Program-made: the position numbers and the translations under genes
In this document: one piece after another, positions 56,612-64,000 of the stretch
Layout of the letters: every line of letters begins with the position of its first letter
How positions within the stretch are numbered: the first letter of the stretch is position 1
Assembly: GCA_964291215.2 (NCBI GenBank)
Contig: OZ219791.1
Location: forward strand, 2,208,001-2,272,000
Length of the DNA stretch: 64,000 nt
From: Alphaproteobacteria bacterium
GTDB lineage: Bacteria > Pseudomonadota > Alphaproteobacteria > MPNO01 > UBA830
Direction of reading: 5' to 3'
Notes under the pieces: generated by a model
What the model was told of the DNA's origin: nothing
The model's database searches: none
The model's input: the letters and a program-made list of their open reading frames with translations, nothing else

Positions 56612-58184
56612 GCCTCATGAACGAAGACTCGATCATGGTTCGTTGAAAGGCGCAGGGCAGGAAGCACACGGTGTGCTCGCGCTGCACGTTCTCGCCGAGC
56701 TTGCGAACATGAAAGGCCGCCTAGCAGCTGCGCAGTTTGCGCGGTCGCTGTCCCGGGACGAGCTCGAGGCCATCGGCGGAACCCGAGGACGGGCTGCGCG
56801 AGCCGCCCTCCAAGGCGGCCCTCCACCGGGCAGTCGATCGACCCCGAGGCGCTCGAGGGCGTGCTCGGCCGCCATGGCAGGCGCCGGCTCGCCCGGGCGC
56901 TTGCCGCCAACGGCAAGCGCATCCGCGGCGCCAGCCGCAACGGCCACCACGAGACCGTGGCCCTCACGCCTCAGGCGCACCCTTCGCGCTGTTGAATTTC
57001 GACGACGGCGAGCTGGCGGCCACCTCCTCGAGCGCACCGATGTCCGCGGCAAGGTGATTACCCGGCGCTGCGGCGCAGACTATGTCTTCCCGGTCAGGGG
57101 CAATGCGCCTGAAACCTTCGACGGCATCGACCGGGAGACGGGTGGCCGCTTCAAGGAGGCAAGGCCCACGGACGCCTCGAGCAGCGCTCGATACGTGCCG
57201 CTCGAGGACCTGATCAGCTACCCCGGCGTCAGCCGGATCGCCCGCATCAAGCGCTACCGCAAGCCGCCGGGAAAGAGCGCCAGCGGCGCAGCGAGCGGCA
57301 ACGACCACACCGGTACATCATCACCTCGCTCGATGCACAACACGCGTCGCCAGAGGAACTGCTGCGGCCGCGGGCTGTGGAAAACATGAACCACCGAGAC
57401 TGCGTCTTCGGTGAGGACGCCTGCCTGACCCGCAAACCGCGCCAGCCTCGACAACATCGCGCTCGCGGTGATCTTCGCCAACCGACACGAGAGCCTCGCT
57501 GAAACACGGCTGCAGCCCGACTGCCGGGAAGTCGTCGCAGCCCTGAGCGCCAATAGCGTCCGGTCGATTCCCGGACGCCGCCCACATCCCGCCCACATCC
57601 CGAAAACAACCCGCCCACGCGCCGATAACGCCGCCGGCGACGACCGCGGACGGCCCCGAAGCCAGAAAACCCGGCACGCCGTGAAACCTTTGGACAGCAG
57701 AAGACAGCAAAATTGAATGTAGCGTGGGAAATACCTGCGATTGCGACCGCGGTGTGCGGACGGCTGCCGTCACCGTGCCTGCGCCCCGACGTTCCGCGTT
57801 CCCGCCGCCGGCTCCGACTGGCAGTGGTCCGGACGCCACGGGATTGGCTGCGGTCGAGTTTCCCGGCTGCTTCCGCAGCAGCCGCTGTCCGAATTTCCGG
57901 TGTTGGTGAAACCGCGACAAGAACGCTTCCAGGGGACGCAGGTCCGGCATGACGATTTTGAGGCTGTTCTGGTATGATCCGCCCGAGAACATCCTGGGGG
58001 AACGCATGCAGTCCGAATGGACCGGTGCTGCCGAAAACGCCGTGGGCCGCACCGGAATCCGCATGGGACCGGAATCCTGGCGCGGAAGCCTGCAGAGTTG
58101 GTGTCGGCTTCATTCCGGGCCCGGTCATCGCCGGTCGCAGTCCTGCCGTCCCGGCCCTGCCGCGGCGAGGGATTCGGAGTGAAA

Positions 58185-59279
58185 ATGAAGATCGATGGCG
58201 TCCCCTACCGCACCATCTGGCCCGACGACGGTGGCCGGTGCGTGCACATCATCGACCAGACGCGTCTACCTCATGAGTTCGTCAACGTGAAGCTCAGTAC
58301 AGCCGACGATGCTGCCCGCGCGATCACCGACATGCTCGTCCGCGGCGCACCCCTCATCGGCGCGACGGCGGCCTACGGTATCGCGTTGGCCATGCGGAAC
58401 GATCCTTCGGATGCCAACCTCGACACTGCCCGCGATGCTCTGTTTGCGACTCGTCCAACGGCGGTCAATCTGCGCTGGGCGCTCGAGGCCTTGGTAGCTG
58501 AACTGCGGCCGCTTCGCGAAAGCGGGAGAGCGGGCGCTGCCTGGCGCAAGTCAGCTGAGATCTGTGATGGGGATGTGGCGATCTGCGAGGCCATCGGTGA
58601 ACACGGCCTTCGACTGATCCGCGCCATCCACCAAGAGAAGAACGACACGGTCAACATACTCACCCATTGCAATGCAGGCTGGCTGGCCACGGTTGACTGG
58701 GGCACGGCGCTGGCGCCGGTATACAAGGCGTTCGATGCGGGAATCCCGGTTCATGTCTGGGTCGACGAAACCCGCCCGCGCAACCAGGGTGCGGCACTGA
58801 CGGCATGGGAACTGGGCCGCCACGACGTTCCCCACACCGTGATCGTCGACAATGCAGGCGGCCACCTGATGCAGCAGAGGCGGGTCGACATGGTGATTAC
58901 CGGGACTGACCGCACCACCGCCAACGGCGATGTCTGCAACAAGATCGGCACCTACCTCAAGGCGCTCGCAGCCCGCGACAACGGCGTGCCGTTCTATGTC
59001 GCCCTGCCGTCGCCGACCGTTGACTGGACGCTTGCTTCGAGCGCCGACGTGCCGATCGAGGAACGCGACGGCGCTGAGGTCTCGATGATCGCAGGCCGCG
59101 ATTCCTGCGGTGCAGCCACCCGGGTCCGCATCACTCCGGACGGCTCCCCGGTTGGCAATCCCGCTTTCGACGTGACGCCGGCTCGCCTCGTCACGGCTCT
59201 GATAACCGAACGCGGTATCGCCCCGGCCACATCCGACGGGCTGGCAGACCTGTTTCCGGAACTTGTCCGTGCCGTGTGA
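58185..59279 (+). CDS. mtnA: S-methyl-5-thioribose-1-phosphate isomerase
   Basis: [51 protein letters not shown]. Confidence 0.96.
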   Translation: MKIDGVPYRTIWPDDGGRCVHIIDQTRLPHEFVNVKLSTADDAARAITDMLVRGAPLIGATAAYGIALAMRNDPSDANLDTARDALFATRPTAVNLRWALEALVAELRPLRESGRAGAAWRKSAEICDGDVAICEAIGEHGLRLIRAIHQEKNDTVNILTHCNAGWLATVDWGTALAPVYKAFDAGIPVHVWVDETRPRNQGAALTAWELGRHDVPHTVIVDNAGGHLMQQRRVDMVITGTDRTTANGDVCNKIGTYLKALAARDNGVPFYVALPSPTVDWTLASSADVPIEERDGAEVSMIAGRDSCGAATRVRITPDGSPVGNPAFDVTPARLVTALITERGIAPATSDGLADLFPELVRAV

Positions 59280-59910
59280 TCATTCGCGCCTGAGGCGAGC
59301 GTTGGTTGCAGCCGCCAGGTCGATGGACAAGCTCGGAATCAGCCAGGGCACTTCCGGAAACGTGAGCGTCAGGGCAGGGGGCGGGTTTCTGATCACGCCG
59401 ACGGCGCTGCCCTATGCGGAAACCGAGCCCGACGATCTCGTTTTCGTCGGGCTGGACGGAACGGCACGAGGTACGCGTCGGCCATCGAGCGAATGGCGCC
59501 TCCATCGCGACATCTACGCCGCGCGTCCGGATGACGGGGCTGTCGTGCACACCCACGCTATTCATGCAACGACGCTTGCCTGTCTCCGTACGCCGATTCC
59601 ACGATTCCACTACATGGTTGCCATGGCGGGTGGCGACGACATCCGTTGCGCCCCCTATGCCACTTACGGAACGCAAGAACTCTCGGACTACGCGATCGCC
59701 GCTCTTGCGGACCGGAAGGCGTGTCTGCTTGCCAATCACGGAATGATTGCCTGTGGGACCGACCTCGACGCAGCGCTGGCACTTGCCGTCGAAGTCGAGA
59801 CGCTGGCTCGTCAGTACCTGCAAGCCCTCCAGATCGGCAAACCGAGGCTCCTGACAAGGAAGCAGGTGGCCGAGGTGCTCGAGAAGTTCAACGACTATCG
59901 CTCTGACTGA
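59263..59910 (+). CDS. Class II aldolase (FucA/Ald2-like)
   Basis: [31 protein letters not shown]; overlaps mtnA. Confidence 0.9.
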   Translation: MSVPCDHSRLRRALVAAARSMDKLGISQGTSGNVSVRAGGGFLITPTALPYAETEPDDLVFVGLDGTARGTRRPSSEWRLHRDIYAARPDDGAVVHTHAIHATTLACLRTPIPRFHYMVAMAGGDDIRCAPYATYGTQELSDYAIAALADRKACLLANHGMIACGTDLDAALALAVEVETLARQYLQALQIGKPRLLTRKQVAEVLEKFNDYRSD

Positions 59911-60063
59911 CGCGGCTGGAGAGCTGGTTCTGCCGCAACACCGTTTGCTGCACCTTCGAGCAGGGACCGTGTTCCGGGCCGCCGGTCCGGTGCGACGATC
60001 GCGCCCCGGTAATAGCGCCGTAATTCCGATCGCAGCCGATCGGCAAGCCGTCTTGCGTTCCGA

Positions 60064-61473
60064 TCATCCGGACAGGAGCAGGTTCGGCAGGAATAGTACG
60101 ATGGCAGGAAAGGCAAGCAGCCCTGCAATGGTCAGTGCATCCGCGACGAAAAAGGGGGCGGCGCCCTTGAAGACATCCTGCACGGAAAGTTCGGGGCGAA
60201 CGCCGGCGACCACGAAGCAGTTCAGCCCGATCGGCGGCGTGATCAGGCAGAGTTCAGCCATCTTGACCACGATGATGCCGAACCAGATTGCGCAGCCAAC
60301 ACCGGACATCCCGAACGCACTGTCGGCTGCTGTTACTGTTTCACCGCCGTTCAGCGCGATCACGGCCGGATAAACGACCGGGAGCGTCAGGATGAGCATG
60401 CCGATGGCATCCATGAACATGCCGAGCACGGCATAGGCCAAGAGGATCAGGATCAGGGTGAGAAATGGGCTCTGGTCGAGCGATGTAATCCACGCTGCGA
60501 AGGTGCCCGGCAGATCGGCAAAGCCGAGAAACCGCACAAAGACGAGAACTCCCCAGATGATCGTGAAGATCATCACCGAGAGTTTTGCGGTTTCCATGAG
60601 TGCCTTCCTGAGTTGCAGCCAGCGCATGCCGCGCCAGAGCGCCATCACGAAAACCACGAAAGCGCCGAGCGCGCCGCCTTCGGTCGGCGTCCCCCATGCG
60701 TCCCCGCCGAACGGGTTGTAGATGAACGAAATGATGATCGCGATCACGAAGAAGATCGGAAAGACGGCGGGCAGAGATGCGAACCGCTCCATCCAGGTGA
60801 AGCCGCTGCTCGGCGGGCCGAAATTCCGGAAGACAACGGCAAGCCCGACGATCAAACTGCCGTAAACAAGGGCGGAAAACGCACCTGGCAGGAAACCGGC
60901 CAGGAGCAGCGCACCGACATCCTGTTCGACGATGATGGCGTAGATTACCAGGATTGCCGAGGGCGGTATGAGGGATGCAAGCGTGCCGGCGGACGCGACC
61001 ACGCCGGCGGCGAAGCGCTTGTCGTATCCTACGGCGAGCATTTCCGGAATCGCGATCCGGGCGAAGACGGCAGACGTCGCAACCGAGGCTCCGGACACCG
61101 CCGCAAAACCGGCGGTGGCGAACACAGTCGAGACCGCGAGACCGCCCGGCAGCCATCCCACCCAACGTTTGGCGGCTTCGAACAGCGATCGAGTGAGTCC
61201 GGCATGATAGGCGAGGAAGCCGATCAGGATGAAGGTCGGAATGAGAGACAGCGCCTGTGACGAGATCTTGGAGTGGGGCACCTGGCCAGCTGTTTTTGCC
61301 GCCACCGTGAGCGCCCAGAGAAACTGCTCCGGGTCGTATCCGCGCTTGGCCCAGAAGATCCATATGAGACCCGTCACGCCGGCGATGGCGGCGGCGAAGG
61401 CGACCCGGACACCCAGGAGCACCAGGACCAGAAGGAACCCCGAAACAACCAGGCCGATATCGATGGGTTCCAT
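60064..61473 (-). CDS. TRAP transporter large permease (DctM)
   Basis: SGASVA, GTLASLIPPS, TPTEGG, ITPPIGLN. Confidence 0.93.
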   Translation of the reverse strand: MEPIDIGLVVSGFLLVLVLLGVRVAFAAAIAGVTGLIWIFWAKRGYDPEQFLWALTVAAKTAGQVPHSKISSQALSLIPTFILIGFLAYHAGLTRSLFEAAKRWVGWLPGGLAVSTVFATAGFAAVSGASVATSAVFARIAIPEMLAVGYDKRFAAGVVASAGTLASLIPPSAILVIYAIIVEQDVGALLLAGFLPGAFSALVYGSLIVGLAVVFRNFGPPSSGFTWMERFASLPAVFPIFFVIAIIISFIYNPFGGDAWGTPTEGGALGAFVVFVMALWRGMRWLQLRKALMETAKLSVMIFTIIWGVLVFVRFLGFADLPGTFAAWITSLDQSPFLTLILILLAYAVLGMFMDAIGMLILTLPVVYPAVIALNGGETVTAADSAFGMSGVGCAIWFGIIVVKMAELCLITPPIGLNCFVVAGVRPELSVQDVFKGAAPFFVADALTIAGLLAFPAIVLFLPNLLLSG

Positions 61474-61484
61474 CTGTGCGCGCC

Positions 61485-62138
61485 TTATTCGCCGACGGGT
61501 GCGGCGTCATCCTCGAGGCCCGAGACGCCTTCCGCTTCGCGGGCGGCGACCGTCGACACATCTTCGATGAGTGGCACCGCGACGGGCTGCCCGGTGCCGC
61601 AGAGGAAGGCTCTTGCATACCCCCAGAGCTGAATGGAAAGCCGCAGCCCGAGAACGGCAAAAGCCAGGGGAACGAGCAGTTTGGCGGGCCAGAGCGGCAA
61701 GCGGATGTCGAGGCTGGAATCGCGGCTCCAGAAAGGTTCGCTCCAGTCGAAAGATCTCTCGAAATGGGCCCAGCTGCCCCAGACCATCAGCAGCATCAGG
61801 GCGAGGATCGCGAACGTCCCGATGAACTCTGCGGCCCACAGAGACCGGCCTTCGAGCCTGCCGACGACCATGTCCATACGGATGTGGCCGCCGAGGCGCT
61901 GGCAGTAGGCAATGCCGATGAACGCGATCAGCGGCATCGCCTGTTCAATCCAGTCGACATAGCCGGGAATCGGATGGTTCAGAAAATTGCGTCCGCCGAC
62001 ACTGACGACGGCAAGCAGCATCAACGCGAAGACCGCGAGCCCGCCGACGAGCGCGAACACCGCTTCCAGGCGGTAGAGATGGCGATCGATCCTGCTCAGG
62101 ACCGTGCCGTCTTCGAGGACCGACGATGCGCCTGCCAT
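61485..62138 (-). CDS. TRAP transporter small permease (DctQ)
   Basis: Four TM segments, GGHIRMD. Confidence 0.9.
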   Translation of the reverse strand: MAGASSVLEDGTVLSRIDRHLYRLEAVFALVGGLAVFALMLLAVVSVGGRNFLNHPIPGYVDWIEQAMPLIAFIGIAYCQRLGGHIRMDMVVGRLEGRSLWAAEFIGTFAILALMLLMVWGSWAHFERSFDWSEPFWSRDSSLDIRLPLWPAKLLVPLAFAVLGLRLSIQLWGYARAFLCGTGQPVAVPLIEDVSTVAAREAEGVSGLEDDAAPVGE

Positions 62139-62210
62139 GAGCCGATCACGCGAAGGTTCCCGCCGGCCTCATGGACCGGCGGGACAGGGACAACCGGATG
62201 CCCCGGAAAC

Positions 62211-63221
62211 TCAGCGGCCCCCGACAATGCCGGTCACGAGATCAAGCAGTTCCGCGGCGGGGAGGCCGCGCGCCGTGTTTTCTTTCACCCAGGCGGCGGC
62301 TGCAGGGCCTGCAACCGAATCCCGGAACGCGGCAAGCTCCTTGTCTGTATAGGTGATCCTCTTGATCGCTTTCGCATCAAGCGTCGGACCCCATTTCGCC
62401 ATCGTCTTCGTGTTGTAATAGGACACGTAATGCGCCAGCGCCTCGTCCACCGAACCCAGGAGTGCCGCACGCTCGGATTCGGCAAGCGCCTTCAGCGCAT
62501 CGGTGTTCACCACGACCGGACAGTTGACGGTACCCGGGTTGAGGTTCGTCGTCCACCATTTCGCACTCTCGACGGTCCCGAAGGCCATATGCGCATGCGG
62601 CGCGAAGGCGACCGCCTTGACGACGCCGCTATCGAGCGCCTGGCGCACCTCGGTCGCCGACATCGATGTCGGGACGGCGCCGATCGCCTTCATCGCCTTG
62701 CCGATGCCGCCCGTGGCCCTCACGGCAAGTCCCTTATAGTCTTTCAGCGTCACCGGAGCCTTGCCAACTCCGGCAATATTGTATTGCGGCAAGGGAGACG
62801 GCATCAGGATGGTGGCGTTCCACCGGGCCATGTCCGCGACAACTGCGGGATGTTGGTAGACGGCCCGGGAGACCTTCACCTCTTGTTCAAGTGAAGACAC
62901 ACCCAGGAATGGAAGCTCCAAGACGGTGATCGACGGGTTCTTGTCGTAATGATAGCCGGCGCAAAACTGGGCCATTTCGAAGGCCCCGATCGATATGCCG
63001 TCGAGATTCTCCCGGTTCTTGGAGAGACCGCCGTAGGAGAGATTGAGTTTGAAGTTGCCGTTCGTCTTGGCGCTGACGAGTTCGGCAAGTTTTTCCACGT
63101 GTTCGGTGAAGGCGCGCCGCTTCCCCCACAACGAAACGTTCCACTCTGCGGCAATCGCCTCGCCTGCGAAGACCAGTGATAGGCCGCCGACGATTGCAAG
63201 CTTCAGATAGCTCCGATTCAT
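62211..63221 (-). CDS. TRAP substrate-binding protein (DctP)
   Basis: Signal peptide, LELPF, KGLAVR, E...ALDSGVV; GGAGG RBS. Confidence 0.9.
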   Translation of the reverse strand: MNRSYLKLAIVGGLSLVFAGEAIAAEWNVSLWGKRRAFTEHVEKLAELVSAKTNGNFKLNLSYGGLSKNRENLDGISIGAFEMAQFCAGYHYDKNPSITVLELPFLGVSSLEQEVKVSRAVYQHPAVVADMARWNATILMPSPLPQYNIAGVGKAPVTLKDYKGLAVRATGGIGKAMKAIGAVPTSMSATEVRQALDSGVVKAVAFAPHAHMAFGTVESAKWWTTNLNPGTVNCPVVVNTDALKALAESERAALLGSVDEALAHYVSYYNTKTMAKWGPTLDAKAIKRITYTDKELAAFRDSVAGPAAAAWVKENTARGLPAAELLDLVTGIVGGR

Positions 63222-63269
63222 GATATCCTCCCGATTCGCAGCCAACCCCGTTGGTGAGTGAGGGAAGTT

Positions 63270-63535
63270 TAGGCTGGATGTCGGGGTAGAGCAACGCGGA
63301 ATGGATCGGGTGCTTGTCTTGTGGGGCGGACGGCCTTGCGCGGATGGTGGCCTTCAATGTTCACCGCATCGGCCTGCTGCTGCACGGGGGGGGGGGGGCC
63401 GGGCCCAACGATGACGCGCCGCCTGACGGCGGCTCCCATCGACCTCAGCCGCGAAGCCCGCCCGGGAGCGGGAACAGAATCGCTCGCCCGGCGTTTGCGG
63501 CGGGAAATCCTTCGGCGAGGCTTCTCCCGCACCCT
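63270..63535 (+). mobile_element. Small transposon remnant
   Basis: ARMVAFNVHRIGLLL transposase-like tail; 63272-63296 is an inverted near-copy of 56564-56588 (CGTTRCTCTACCCCGACATCMAGCC). Confidence 0.5.
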
Positions 63536-63541
63536 CTGCGG

Positions 63542-64000
63542 TCACGTGGTGCAGAGGGCGCGGATATGGCTTCCTGCTACCGACAGCATCGCGAGGTCCG
63601 CAGAACTGCTCCGTTCGATGTCCGCGAGAACCTGCCGAAGCCGTGGTACCTGGTGGGCGTGGTGCTGCTCCCACCGGCTGATCGTGTCGGCCACGGCTGC
63701 GGCTTTGCCGGCTGCGCCGATGAGAATGCCGGTGAGCTTGGCCTGGTGCTCGTGCAGGTCGTCGACCATGGCAGCCAAGGCCGCCGACTGCCACTCGTTT
63801 TCAGGAGTAATGGCGTCTGCGATCTCGCGCAGGCTGTCGAAACCGAAATGCTCGCCCACTTGGAAGTAGGCCTGTGCGGCATCGCCCACGGGCTTGTTCG
63901 AATCCCGGGCGATATCCACGATGTCGCATCCCGAGTACAGGATATCGAGTTGTGCGACGCCGCGCGCGAGTTTTGCGGGAACGCCATCCGCGGCGTACTG
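63542..64000 (-). CDS. NAD-glutamate dehydrogenase (large type), C-terminal part
   Basis: AAQAYFQVG..FGFD.LR, W...A..A..DDL...Q..LT, DLAMLSVA. Confidence 0.85.
   Translation of the reverse strand, partial: QYAADGVPAKLARGVAQLDILYSGCDIVDIARDSNKPVGDAAQAYFQVGEHFGFDSLREIADAITPENEWQSAALAAMVDDLHEHQAKLTGILIGAAGKAAAVADTISRWEQHHAHQVPRLRQVLADIERSSSADLAMLSVAGSHIRALCTT

Larger units (their letters stand above)
52909..56649 (-). mobile_element. DUF4338-IS4 (IS50/Tn5-like) element, degenerate (ORF ~53250-55021)
   Basis: Termini CTTTCAA/TTGAAAG; 9-bp TSD GCGCAGGGC (52900-52908, 56650-56658); LAIQDTT.LNY, WMLLTTE, YERRWLIEEYFKALK. Confidence 0.85.
52466..57730 (+). mobile_element. ISAs1 relic split by nested insertions (5' part 52466-52908, 3' part 56650-57730)
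   Basis: Joining the halves across the duplicated GCGCAGGGC restores a sequence colinear with the unsplit copy at 39277-40765. Confidence 0.85.

Noticed and set aside
57735-58180. Possible SAM/SAH riboswitch upstream of mtnA
   Set aside because: No consensus riboswitch elements recognisable by eye; needs an Rfam scan

Overview
GC-rich (~65%) alphaproteobacterial chromosome segment, Rhodospirillales-like by gene content. A host-associated marine lineage such as a sponge symbiont is an inference from the mobile-element load. Intact housekeeping and metabolic blocks include tolC, valS, a BisC-like Mo enzyme, ilvD, xth, erpA, a liv-type ABC operon with metY, degP/degQ, rpoH, hemB, a penicillin acylase, mtnA with a class II aldolase, a TRAP operon and the 3' end of NAD-GDH. 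These alternate with heavily eroded, nested IS graveyards (IS66, IS110, ISAs1, IS4, IS1634, IS5). The main candidate novel system lies in a tandem-integrase island (~14.4-25.2 kb). It is an operon of an ACP-like protein, an XRE repressor, an ImmA/IrrE metallopeptidase fused to a chagasin-like (I42) protease-inhibitor domain, a papain-like protease and a thymidylate-synthase-like protein. It converges on MazG/MazG_C and a uracil-DNA glycosylase. This looks like a protease-gated, pyrimidine-nucleotide-directed conflict/defence module; this copy carries three small lesions. Also notable: a bridge-RNA-like fold upstream of two IS110 relics, a three-level IS nest with both target-site duplications intact, a 125-bp IS66 MITE, and DUF4338/DruA-like domains riding three IS families. 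No tRNA, rRNA or CRISPR array was recognised. All family calls come from motif recognition by eye, not database searches.
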